Assembly: GCA_018398765.1 (NCBI GenBank)
Contig: JAHBMJ010000159.1
Coordinates: forward strand, 1 to 54,832
DNA: 54,832 nucleotides
Reading direction: 5' to 3'
Source: Chromera velia
Lineage: Eukaryota
Shown: in pieces, positions 23,058-40,752 of the stretch
Numbering within the stretch: the stretch's first letter is position 1
Layout: each line of letters begins with the position of its first letter
Position numbers and translations under genes: made by a program
Notes under the pieces: generated by a model
The model's database searches: none
What the model saw: only the letters and a program-made list of their open reading frames with translations
What the model was told of the DNA's origin: nothing

Positions 23058-24152
23058 CTACTTCTTCCCCTTCCCTCTGAATGCCAAACTGTTCGCGTTC
23101 AAAGCCGCCAGCCGGGACCCAGACGCGTCCCCAACGATCTCTCTGGCCACACCAATGCACCCCCTCAGCTGCTCTACAGTCATCGAATGGATCGCCCCCC
23201 TCTTCTGATCCAACTTCTCGTACCAGCAACAACCGAAGTAATTATCCAAAACCACACGCTGGAAACAGTGGTCAAGTCGGAGCACCCACTTGTGCTGTGA
23301 CGCCATCCGAGGCATCTCCTCCCGCGCCAGACGGAGATACTCCTTCAGAAGATCTGCCTTGCAGCTGCTCGACTCTTCGTCTGCAGGCGCCATATCGACA
23401 TCTTCTTCTTCTTCTTCTTCAGACTCAAAATCGGCCTTTCCCTTTCGGGGCCTCTTGGGCGTCTTCGTGTTTGTCTTTGTGCTTGTTGTTGCCGACATAC
23501 CCACTTTCCCGATCTCTTTCTCTTCCTTCACACTTGGCTCAGTCACAGGGTCTGTCTCCTCAACCTCCGGGGGCGTGGATGCCCGTCTCTTCTTCTTCTT
23601 TTTCTGTTCTGCTGTCAGGCCGTCTGGCTGGGCTTTCTCTGCCGATTCTTCCCCCTTCCCCTCTGCACTCTCCTCCATGCCCCCTTCGTCTGAAGACGAA
23701 GAAGAGGCAGCAGATGAAGAACCGGGGACTTCTCTTGCTTTGGTGAACGCTGCAGCAAGAGCCTCCTTCTCTTCGGAGGGCAGGTCAGAGAAGCCGTGCA
23801 GGTCTTCAGGGGAAAGGACGGGGAAGTCTTCGTGTCTGAGGAGGGGGGAGAGAGCCTCTGCCACCCCCTGCAGGGACACAGACACAGTCGCGGAATGGCT
23901 TTTGATTTGGAGACGGCCCTTTCCCTTCTGCAGGCGCTCTTGGGTCACCTTGCATTTCCCTTGACTTGAGGGAGCGGGCCCGACCGACATGGCCTTCGGG
24001 AAGCACCCGCTCGCGTGCTGCCACGTCACAGCCTTCCTGCCGGAGATCCAGGCCTCCATACCAACCCGTAGGACGCCTTTGTCAATACTTTCGCCGCACT
24101 CCCGACAAGTGCTGCGACCCGTTTTCGCATTCTCTACTGTTAAGACAGTCAT
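23058..24152 (-). CDS. zf-PARP (PARP-type zinc finger, plus a degenerate second finger) protein with acidic/basic linker and C-terminal DHCF..SL..RGK domain; 364 aa, intronless CDS
   Basis: VENAKTGRSTCRECGESIDKGVLRVG...WQHASGCF matches zf-PARP. NLS-like KKKKKRR. C-terminus WVLRLDHCFQRVVLDN..W..LNANSLAFRGK. Confidence 0.85.
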   Translation of the reverse strand: MTVLTVENAKTGRSTCRECGESIDKGVLRVGMEAWISGRKAVTWQHASGCFPKAMSVGPAPSSQGKCKVTQERLQKGKGRLQIKSHSATVSVSLQGVAEALSPLLRHEDFPVLSPEDLHGFSDLPSEEKEALAAAFTKAREVPGSSSAASSSSSDEGGMEESAEGKGEESAEKAQPDGLTAEQKKKKKRRASTPPEVEETDPVTEPSVKEEKEIGKVGMSATTSTKTNTKTPKRPRKGKADFESEEEEEEDVDMAPADEESSSCKADLLKEYLRLAREEMPRMASQHKWVLRLDHCFQRVVLDNYFGCCWYEKLDQKRGAIHSMTVEQLRGCIGVAREIVGDASGSRLAALNANSLAFRGKGKK

Positions 24153-24614
24153 GGTGACCACACACTGCGCAACTAAAAAGAGATACAGAAACAAGCCGAG
24201 ACAAAGAAAAGTGGCAGAGCCACGAATGAGTACGTATCGCTTTGACTGAGAAATGTGGAGACGTGGACGGCCGGACCAGTGACTGCAAGACTGCAGGTCC
24301 AATTCCACTTCACAGACGAGGGCCAGGGGCGATTCCACACTTCACAGACTGGATAGAGAGTAGAGAGGACAGAGCTTCTGTCGGAATGCCAACGGCCCAC
24401 TGTAAAGCGTGCGCTTGGGTGCCTGAGTCAGTGACCTGACCGTAATTTGTCGCGAATTGTAAGGGACGTGTGTAATAATCGTGTGTACTGTCGCGGATTC
24501 AGGTTCGAAAAAAACTCGAGTTTGGCTGCTTAGTTTGCCGGAAACCAATGATTGAACACTCAAAATTGCACAAAAACTTGAGTTTTCACCTGATTTTTTC
24601 GAAAATTAAATTAA

Positions 24615-24700
24615 GGCCGTGCTGGTCGGGCCGGCGGGCGGCCCTGCATGCATGGAAGATGCCCGGCGGCGGCCGGGGCCGGCCGCGGAGACGGCGCAAC
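24615..24700. promoter_or_regulatory. GC-rich box with TGCATGCA in divergent promoter (zf-PARP gene / prefoldin 2)
   Basis: G/C tract interrupted by ctgcatgcatgg, lying between two divergent ATGs. Confidence 0.5.
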
Positions 24701-25077
24701 AAAAATGTATACGTGTCTGTCGAAAAATGTCGAAAATTGTCGAAATTCGATCTGATCGCGAGCTTTTGAAACTCGATTCTCCATGACTCTTTCGCCAGCC
24801 CTCCCCTCGCACTGCAGGCTCGCAGCATCCTCATAGGAGCATTGGCTGTGATGAACCTGCCCAACTAGCTACTAATTACTGTCAGAGGCAACCTCAACAA
24901 GTGGAGTGGACAAGGGGAATTATTGAGGCGCCTATATAGTTGATCCATCTGCACTTGCTGTGTGTCGACCTGATCTGTTTGATATTGTACATATTGCTGC
25001 ACCAGCCGTTCCACTGTCCACGTCCAGCAAGCAGACACACAGAGAGCACAACTCCCTAGCTTCCTTCTTCTATCGCC

Positions 25078-26322
25078 ATGGCCGAGAAGATCTCCCAAGA
25101 GCAACTCCACGCAGCCTCGCAACAGGTGGAGGCGGAGAGGACCCAACTGATGTCGAAGATCAACGAGATGGCCGACCAGGTCGCAGATCACGGGTCGGTA
25201 GGTCTACTTGGAGTTAGGTGAAGCATTTTACAGAAGTGGGGGGGTCGGCCGGAGGTCAGGGTGGACAGGTTTCCTCCGAAGGGTTTCGGCGCCTTCAGTG
25301 GGATTGCTGGAGTGACTCACAGAACGAACCGACAAAAAGGAGAGATAACGAGGGGGTTGAAAAGAACTACAGCTGCAAATGAAAAGAGCTGTATATATGT
25401 GAAGGGAAAAGGGAGTACTTGAACCGATGGATCTTAGAGAAACGAAGCTTCAGATGGTTGGAGGGAATTCATTCGGTGACCTTCGTACATATCCGAGCCT
25501 CATCTGCGATCCGCAGAGAAGCCATGACAGAGACGACAAGCATATTGGTGCGCTTGTTGAATTCGCATCCGTCCCTAGACCTGAACTGTTTTTTTCACCA
25601 CTGCCTTCTCTCTAAGCGGCTTTACTTGAACAAGAAGTGACACAGCACCTGCATCGAGGTGACCTCGTCGCTGACTGGCGCGCGATGCCGCAAAAAAGAA
25701 ATTCCTTCCAGCTCCATCGATTACGCAGAAAAGGAAAAGGCGGATAGGAAAGGAAAACCCAGCAGGCGCTTAAAGTAAGATTGCATGCACCTATCCAAAA
25801 CCTCCGCTCCTACATGTCTGCAGACGTGTCCTGGATGCGTTCAAGGGAGTAGAGCCTGAACGGCGCTGCTACCGTCTCGTTGGGGGAGTGCTGGTAGAGA
25901 GCACAATGTCAGACGTGAAACCGCAAATCGAAAGCCATAAAGGAAGAGTGAGTCGTTCCTGCCTTCCTTGTTTTTTCCTTTTTTCTCCTCTGCAACTTTT
26001 CTTTCTGCGTCTGCTGTTTCCTTCGTTTTTCCTCGCTTCTCTGCAGATGTCTTTTTCCCCTTCCGTCTCGCCGCTTCTTGCCTCATCGATCCCCTTCTTC
26101 CTGTTCTCACAATTTGCCCCATCCTGCACCCCCCCTTGTCTATTTCTTTTCGTTCAATTGAACCATCAAAGCAATTGTTTTCCTTGGATGCTGGACTCTT
26201 TGATCGTTTTCTCCTGCAGATCGAGAAGCTTATCGAAGACCTGAAGGCGCAGCTTGCTGAGAAGAACAAAACTGCGCAGTTCATCGCCACTCGGTGGGTT
26301 TCTTTTGTGCGTGCGTGTGCGT

Positions 26323-26357
<35 letters not shown>

Positions 26358-26467
26358 GTAAGTCATCGAGTGAGAGAGTGAGTACTGCCCACGCACACCG
26401 TTTGAGCGAGTGTCTTTCTTTCTTCCTTCCTCCCTGCCTGCCTTCCTTTTCTTGCATCCTCTCTGTC

Positions 26468-26535
<68 letters not shown>

Positions 26536-26594
26536 GCTCTCTCCCTCTCTTTCTCACTCTCTCGCTGTGTGTGTATGTGTGTGTGAGTGAGTGA

Positions 26595-26631
<37 letters not shown>

Positions 26632-26907
26632 TGAGAGAGAGAGACAGCGTGCGTGGGCGTGTGTGAGAGAGCGAGGGACGGAAAAGGAAGGACTCTATTG
26701 GGACTCTGTCCTGATTCTGATCCGCCGTCTCGGTTTTTCCGGTGGCTGTCCTTCTCATTCGTCCGTCCGTTCTATTCGCTCTCATTGGGAATGTGTAAGC
26801 GAGTGTATTGGATGTTTGCGCGTTGGGACGTGCATGCATAGGTGACTTTCTCTCTCTCTCACTTTCTCTCTCTGGGGTCCTTGGGGGGGGACAGAGTGAG
26901 TGAGTGA

Positions 26908-26944
<37 letters not shown>

Positions 26945-27066
26945 TGCGTGCGTGCACGTCCCCGCCTACTTATGCGTGCAGCCTTAGGGACGCACCTCGA
27001 GCATCTCAACCAGCAGGAGCAGCTGCGGCCCAAGGCAGCAGGCTGGTGGCAGGCAGAGCCACATGA
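25078..27066 (+). CDS. PFDN2: Prefoldin subunit 2; exons 25078-25193, 25824-25947, 26220-26293, 26982-27066; 132 aa
   Basis: Spliced product MAEKISQEQL...KINEMADQVADHGRVLDAFKGVEPERRCYRLVGGVLVESTMSDVKPQIE... RRCYRLVGGVLVE is the beta-type prefoldin hairpin. Junctions keep frame. Confidence 0.92.
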
Positions 27067-28644
27067 CGTAGCAGCAGAAAGATTTGTTTCGTTTGTTGAT
27101 CCTAGCATATTTACTGTTATGATTTACAGACTGGACAAGAGCATCACAATGTAACATCCGATACAAGATGCAAAGTGAAAGGCGACAAATAGAAACTTTT
27201 AACTTTATAATAACGTCATGTTAAAATGTATTTTTTGAAGTTATTACTGTCTGAATTTACTGACTTATTGGATCATATTTTTTGTAATTTTTTGCTTAGT
27301 AGTTTCATTGAATATCGCGTATAGCATACCATAACATTGATGTTCCGGGTTTTGCCTGGCGCAGTCCACTGCCGGAGATCGGCTTAAAAATCTTATATGA
27401 CAGCCTAATATAAATGCGCCTCAGGTCACGCGTATGGAGGGCCCCGGCGGTGGCAAGCTGGATGTGCAAGCCGATTTTGATTGTAGTGATGATATTAAAA
27501 TCATTCATTGCTTGTGCCTTCATACATATTATTATGTTAGATATATACAATCCATTCAAACGAATAATAAAGTATATAGTAAAGTGCCAAAGGCACTGGA
27601 ACATGTTTTGAAGATGGGGGGTCGGCGTCCTCTGAAACTCTAGTACTTGACACAACCCGTGTCAGACGATACCCTACACAACAAAAAACAATTAAGAGAC
27701 AATGTGTAAACTAGAAAGAGTAACATTGACTGAGTAAGATCCGATCTTCACTCTCCCTTGTAAAAATGCTTGTAAATAGAAACAATTTAAAAATATTTAT
27801 ATTAAAATTCTAAACCAATCCTGGAGGCTTTGCTTTAGTATAGCTCGTTGTAAATCAGTTGGCACTGTTGAATTTTAATGCATGCATGTATCTGCCTAGC
27901 GGGCCCGGCTGCATGTGCATGCATCAATCATGCTGACCATCTACGTATCGTGATCATGATACCAGAGCTAAAAATTGATCAAACAGCAGATTCAGCTCTC
28001 TACTACTACCATATGAAAAGCTACCTTACAACGAAGCTCAAGACCCTTTAGAATCATATATAGTCGAGCAGGCTCCACCTATGAAGAGTTAAATCTCACA
28101 AATTTTCACAGGTAGACTAAAGCGTTAAAGATTGCGACTTTCATGAGGGGCACACCTGTTGCTTCCTGTCTCTTTCCTTCTTCCTCGTCTGTCCCATTGC
28201 GAGAAGAGCGACATGCGCTCACCCAGCATGCACATGCATGGATTTTGATGGGAATGGGCGGTGTGTGTGGGCAGACTGGCTGTGGGGAGCCTCTGCAGTT
28301 AGTAGAACAATTTAGATGGATACCTGGAAGAGAGAGATGACAAAAGATCACTTTCTTTTGCTGGAATCTTGAGATGGATCACATCTGCCCCGTTCAGGAC
28401 ACAGAGTATTGACTACGTCTATGCAACCTCGACTTTCTTAAGTTGAGGCATGATGAGTGGTAGTCCTTTTTCGATGACCTGTGTTGGGAGGCGAGGCGTT
28501 GCCGCTTACGTTGTATGAGCTGCCACGAACGACCAGGTCGTCCTCGCTATAATTTGGTCAGTTTAGTTACTAGTACCAAGACTAGGCATATGTGGGCTCC
28601 TAGGGAAATTGTGCCAACTCATTTGCAACATATGGTATGCTACT

Positions 28645-28735
28645 ATTCGGTCCGAATTTCATGTGCGGCGGCACCTCATGTGCCGCCGCATTCTTTCGCG
28701 CGCGCTCCCCGCGGCCTTGCATGCGACCGCGTTCT
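28645..28735. promoter_or_regulatory. GC-rich box with perfect 11-bp inverted repeat upstream of MAPK
   Basis: TGCGGCGGCAC-ctcat-GTGCCGCCGCA at 28664-28690. Confidence 0.45.
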
Positions 28736-28953
28736 GAAAACTGATCATTTTCGTGCCCCCCAAGCAGTTTTGTGCATGCAACCTTCATTGATAGAATCCT
28801 TGCATGATTGCCTGCCACAAAATTCGACACTCGAGATCTTGAGTTTCAGTGCAAACAGACTCGTCGGTGTCCGTCACAACAGTCAACTTCTAATAGTGCT
28901 CTATTGCGCTTGTTTCCTCTGATTTCACTCATTCTTCGGACCGGGTTGCAGCC

Positions 28954-35114
<6,161 letters not shown>

Positions 35115-38100
35115 TCTAGTTAGGGGGCGGGAGAGAAGGAAGGAGAAGGAAGTGAACGGAGAGAGTGAGAGCAAGAGAGAGTAGCGTCATTTTATTCCCA
35201 CAAAGAAGGTGGAGGGGCCGGGGAAGAAATGCGAGAAAGAGAGAAAATAGTTAGAACGACTGGGAGGAGAAAAAAAAGCTTTTCGTCCTTTTTGAATCTC
35301 CCGTCCATGTCCCTCAACACTTCATTCACAGCTTGCAGTTTCTTCAAGCAGTTGGCTCGATCACCAAATTCATCAAGAAAACACCAACAAGACGACGCTC
35401 CAACATCGGATCTATGACTGGCCGAAGGACAAGCAGAGAGAAAAGAATAAAGCGAGGGGAGAAAGAGATTGCACGTCTGAAAAAAAAAAAAACTTGCCAA
35501 AACAGGTAAGGGTTTCAAACCAAAAAATAAAAGATCCGAAAACTTGCCGAAAAGAGGTAAGGAAAGGATTGCAACTCAAATCGAGCAATTTGGTATGCAT
35601 GGACAGTTCGAGCTGGTCATTTTACTCTCTCCCTATCATTCCGTCTTTCTTGCCGTCTCTTCTCTCTCCTTGTGACTATTGATTGAGATGTTTTTCGTTG
35701 GATTTTTCTTCCATTCGATCGCCACGATTCTGCAGGCGCTCTCTCTCACCAATCGTGAAAGGGAAGCGCCGTAGTTGTGTCTGTCGGACTAGCTGCATGC
35801 ACGTGTCTTTTCCTTTCTCTCCTCCCTACCCCACTTCCTCACACTCATAGATACATGTTTTTGTTCGCTCTGATCGATGCTGAACTTGATTAGTTTCTCC
35901 CGTGAAGTCACATGATTTGAAGGACCGAGTAAAGACGGCATGCACTATCTGTTGAGACAGGTTTGTCTGTCTGCGTCAGTTTCTTCAAAAAGCATTCTGG
36001 ACTCAAAAAACAAAGTCGGGAACGGACGACGCACTCAGCAAACGTGGCAAAGTGAAGAGAGAAGGACAAAAAAAAAACGAACTGCACGGGATCAGGAGTG
36101 CGAATTCAGAGACAGAGAGAGACAGACTCTGTTGATTTCCAAGCAGGAAGGAAACAACGACGGTAGCCGCCCGGTGGTTTTCTCAGCATATCCTCCGTTT
36201 CGTCAGTTGATTTGTCTCCGGCAGCTGCTGATTTCTTAGTATTGCTCTTATTGCTCATTCAGTTGCGCAGCTTGTTGATTTACTTTGAGTGTTTACAGGT
36301 ACCTGATCGAGAAAGAGGATCAGGTGGTCTGAAAAAAGAACAAAAACGGTTCATGCAGTCTCGATTTCTCTTCTGCTGTCTTTCTAGCTGCTTTGAGGCA
36401 GGAAAGCAAGAGAAGAGCTCAGGACAGGCGGGTTGGTTGTCTCGTTTGACCCGACAGAGGCTGAAATGGACAAAAACGGAGTCTGTCTGCCTGTCTGTTC
36501 GTTGCTTTGAATGACTGAGGGCCCGTCCGATTCTTTAAGTGTATGTCAGTGCGCGTGAGCACGCACTCACGCGAGTGCCTGGTGCACGGGCCGGGGGGTT
36601 TTCGAATAAACTGCACGTGTGAGGGCATTCCAATATGGGGGTTCGCTCACGATCTGCATGGTGCAGGTACATGAACTGTCTTCGCTAGGCTCTCACTGAC
36701 AGAACTGATTGTGAGAGGGACCTGATGGACCGATGGAGACATGCAGACAGACAGACAGACAGACAGGAAGAGTTTTGGATGGGTATTCTCTGCACTGGCT
36801 GACAGTGCGAAATGGGGAGCCGAGCTTGGTGTGGCGTGAAATCAGCGCCAGATCGATCGATCGAGTCCCTTTCGAGAAAGAGGCGCTGCGTGAAGACACC
36901 CGTGGGAAGTTGGGGTTTGTTCAAGTCATGAAGTCGAAGGTTTGAAGCACAGTGCAATATGATGTCGCAACACAAAATCTGCAATGTAATGCTTTACGTG
37001 CATGAGAGAGCAGGGGAAGCTCGAAAGAGACAGGCAACTTGAAGCGAGGAGAAAACGAGAAAAGTCCCAGACTATGCTTGAAAAAAGGTGCAAAATTCCA
37101 AATTATCCAAGAGATCAGCCGCAGATCTAGACCGCAGATCGATGGAGTTCTACTTTCGCTTTGGTTTTACTTCACCGCTCGGTCTTCGTATTCAACCTAA
37201 ATCCTAGCCTAAATCAGACAGTGACAGATACGCATTGTTACGCAAAACAAAGATTTGCATCACAGAAGATCACAGAAGCAAAAAATATGAAATTTAAATT
37301 AAAACTACTACATGCTAAACCAAATAAATCTAGAAATATTATCTGAAATAAACGTTTTATTTATATATATTTATACCATTATATCATAGTGTCAGCTAGT
37401 GCACTTACATAGGTGAATTAGTTCCATTCAATTAAATAGCAATGATAACATTGAATTAAGTTCAACATAAGTTTTTAAATAAGTTTGCTCTGCATGTACT
37501 TAGGCATAGGCTGCAGAGCCTACTACTAGTAATTCATTCAATTGATATGATTTATAGATATTCACGGTTTCAAATAGTTTAAAATCATTCCCTAAAAGAC
37601 TGAACTCACTAGAGAGATATCACTATGACGAAACATTATATGCATCAGCTAAAAAAAAAAAGCGATCGAGAGAGATTTTTTTTTTTTAACTTTTTGACTC
37701 TGAACAAAATTTAACAACAGTTATGCAATACATGAAAAACACCTGTGCAACATTTAAACAACAGTTCAAGTTGTTTCACAGAGAAAAAAAAAAAGAAAAA
37801 AAAAAGGTTTGGGAGGAGCTTTTTTTCCTTGACGCCTAGAAGAAATAAAGGTTTTTTTTGCAAACTTGAATGTAAGATCACGCAACACCAATTAATTGCA
37901 ATTGATGAAAACAAAAGATTCAAAGAGTGGAAAAATCTAAACTGGTGTGAGAAGCGAAAGCTCAATGCATCCGCCAACGCTCTGCTTGCCAAGATGATTG
38001 CATGGGCAGAGCAAGAGGGGCTCAGCATAGACGACGATGAGATGAACGGAAGGCTGATTGACTTCTTGAAGCAAGGGGGGATGAAGACGACCACCAAATC

Positions 38101-38706
38101 GACCACCATTCCGATCGTGATCTCCAAGAGAGAGCTCCTTCAGATGGTTGCGTTTATCATTTGGTTTCCCCACAGTGAATGAGTCGATCAGAAAGACTGA
38201 GAACATGAAACTCCTCCCTTACACTCTTGACGTAGTATCGGGCTTTTCTATTATGCAGAGAAAGGGGGCACAGAAAGCTGCAATGCGAAAATAATTGATG
38301 TAAATTGACTGACCTGATTGCATGCACGAGTCCTCTGATTGCATGCATGAGTCGATTTAGCAGCGACGCACGCACCACGTACCGCCGTCTCGTTTGCCCC
38401 GAATGAGAGAAACCGCTCGATCCTCATTGGGCACAAGCAAGCAGGACGTCACGGTGTCTCTCCCACGAGAACCCCTTCATAGTACTTGCCGGCATCATGA
38501 AGGCTACCCAGATCTAGTCTCTTAGAGCTAGAGTGAAAAATAATGTGAAGCTCTTTAACGACAAAACTCTTTCCTAAAACCACAGGCCGTACAACAACCG
38601 GCCGATAGTACGCCCACCGTATCCCTCCGCCAACCAAATAGCTATTGTATCACAGTTTTGAAGTGGCAGGCTGACAGTGTGGTAATCCATGCACCTGTCC
38701 TGCAGA

Positions 38707-39870
38707 CTAGAGAGGTTCGCCTCCCTTCAGCTTCGATTTCATGCGTCGCCAAGTCTCTTTGCGGTGCGCACTGGGGGTAAGCCACTGCAAGTTTTCCACG
38801 GCATTGTTGCGCGGGTCTCCATCCATGTGATCAACATGCAAAAATTCCTCCTTGGCTCCTGAATCAATCAGAGCCCTTTTTTCGCTTTGCCGATGTGCCT
38901 CAGCGACCAGGCGATGCACCCGAAAATCCCTGCGTCGGAATTGCACCACTCTGTATCGATCGGAGGTTACTGTGCCCCAAGTTATGCGCACTGACGTGCC
39001 AGGGAATCGAATGCGTCCCAAATTTGAGACGTCTAGCCACGGAACATTCGCCTCCCCGTTTGGACGCTCGAGAGAGAGAGTTCGAGAAACTCTTCCGCTG
39101 CCCTCACTTTCAAGAGCGAAGTAGATTGTCTGAAAGTGTTCCCCTTTGAGCGGTTGAATGCTGGCTGGGTGCCGCTGGAGTTCCCAGCCGTCTGGACACG
39201 CAACAGAAGCGCCACCCAAAGCATCTACCACTCGCTTATGTCCGATCCTCAACAGCTTGCGACATGCTGCTATGCCGGGAATTGCACACTCTTCTCCTGT
39301 CTTGTGGTTTTTGGCGATCAAGTGAATCGTCCTGGTGTTCGGAGGACGCGATCTCGAAAGAGAGTTCGCCGTCTTCTTCCCATGTTCTGCGGGGGTGAGC
39401 CATTGAAGATTGTAAGAGGCGTTGTTGCTTTTGTTCCCGTCAATGTGGTCAACGTGCAGTATCAGGTTGGTACCATGCAGTGATTTCTGCTTTTCCTCCT
39501 TCTGTTCCGGGTGGAAGGTTTCCGCAATCAAGGTGTGCACCTTTTTCTTCCTGTACACATCACCGAATTTCGGGTTTACCGACATGTATCCTTTGGCGTC
39601 AAGGCTTCCCCATTTGATCCGCCCAAGCTTGTCTTGAACTCGCCCGTCGTCACACGCTTTCCAGTCACAGAGAGCGCCATGGATGCGGAGAGGGATTGGC
39701 ACAAATCGAGAAGGTTTGAAATAATTATTCGAACTTTGAAGGGATTCGGGGGAAGACGCTAAACCTGCTTCAGTCTTTTGCTTTCGTCTTAGGGTGCTGA
39801 GCAAGCGTCCACTGGAAGGGAAAATCGCTTGAGACAAACGCTTGCGTAGTGCGAGATTGTTCCTCAGCAT
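38707..39870 (-). CDS. Intronless tandem NUMOD4/HNH homing-endonuclease-like protein (two HNH units) with putative mitochondrial presequence; 387 aa
   Basis: VHTLIAETF..HVDHIDGNKSNNASYNLQWLT and VSNLGRIR..VHRLVAEAH..HVDHMDGDPRNNAVENLQWLT. The N-terminus is rich in R/L/S and has no acidic residues over the first ~33 aa. Confidence 0.9.
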   Translation of the reverse strand: MLRNNLALRKRLSQAIFPSSGRLLSTLRRKQKTEAGLASSPESLQSSNNYFKPSRFVPIPLRIHGALCDWKACDDGRVQDKLGRIKWGSLDAKGYMSVNPKFGDVYRKKKVHTLIAETFHPEQKEEKQKSLHGTNLILHVDHIDGNKSNNASYNLQWLTPAEHGKKTANSLSRSRPPNTRTIHLIAKNHKTGEECAIPGIAACRKLLRIGHKRVVDALGGASVACPDGWELQRHPASIQPLKGEHFQTIYFALESEGSGRVSRTLSLERPNGEANVPWLDVSNLGRIRFPGTSVRITWGTVTSDRYRVVQFRRRDFRVHRLVAEAHRQSEKRALIDSGAKEEFLHVDHMDGDPRNNAVENLQWLTPSAHRKETWRRMKSKLKGGEPL

Positions 39871-40288
39871 ATTTTACACGACGCAGTAAGTTCCCTTTTC
39901 TTGCAGATCGTCCAGGCAAGGTCTTTGTCTTGGGACGAGCAGTTGAGTGTCCGAGAATCCTGTGTCCGCAAAAAGGCAAAAGGAGCTATATATATACATA
40001 AGTCACTTATGATAAGTGCGACCGAGCCAGGCGAACCTTTCCAGGCAGCACTGAGACCATATATCGCTGTCTCCACTTATCTCCTAAGAAAGTGGCCCTC
40101 AGCCCGTGCACATGTATACGTTTTGCAATATGTTACGATATGTTATAATATATACGTATACGTACGTCGTATATATACAAAGTGCATTCAATTCAATGAA
40201 TCAATTGTGTATCGAGCACTGCGCATCATGCAGGTGTTGCAGTGTTGCATGGCAATGCATGCTCACTGCATGAGCACGATTCGATCGT

Positions 40289-40345
40289 CGCGGAACCGCG
40301 GCCGCGCGGCCTGCGGAGCAGGCCGGGCATGGCCGGGCCCACCGA
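40289..40345. promoter_or_regulatory. GC-rich box in divergent promoter (HNH gene / large plastid-type gene)
   Basis: cgcggaaccgcggccgcgcggcc...ggccgggccc between two divergent ATGs. Confidence 0.5.
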
Positions 40346-40752
40346 ATGAGACACATTAATAAGTAGAGAGTGAGAGACATCGTCAGAATTCGTCAGATGG
40401 AGTAATCGCACATGACACAGTTCCGCTCATTGTCTCGAATACTTTGAATCAAAGGCATTGTATCACACCTCTCTATGTTTCGAGGCGTTTCGCATGAGGT
40501 AGACGGCACTAGAATGCATTTTTCATCTGTAAGAAGTCTTTCTGTAGGTAGCCACGTTGTCTGTTTCACAGTATATATATATGTATCTCTTTTTGAGGAT
40601 CGCACCAAAAACTTCGTGAGAGGACAGCATATACGTGGCGTTTCCGAAACGCCCCCTTGTGTGTGTACAATATCAGTGCAGTTTGTCTCTGACCCCATAG
40701 CAGTTGGCTTGGAGCGTCTGAGTGAGAAACAGAGACGGCTCTGTTGCTAGAG

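Noticed and set aside
24153..24338. N-terminal hydrophobic extension of ORF 23058..24338
   Set aside because: Non-ATG start and intron/UTR-like sequence; ATG 24152 directly precedes the zf-PARP domain.
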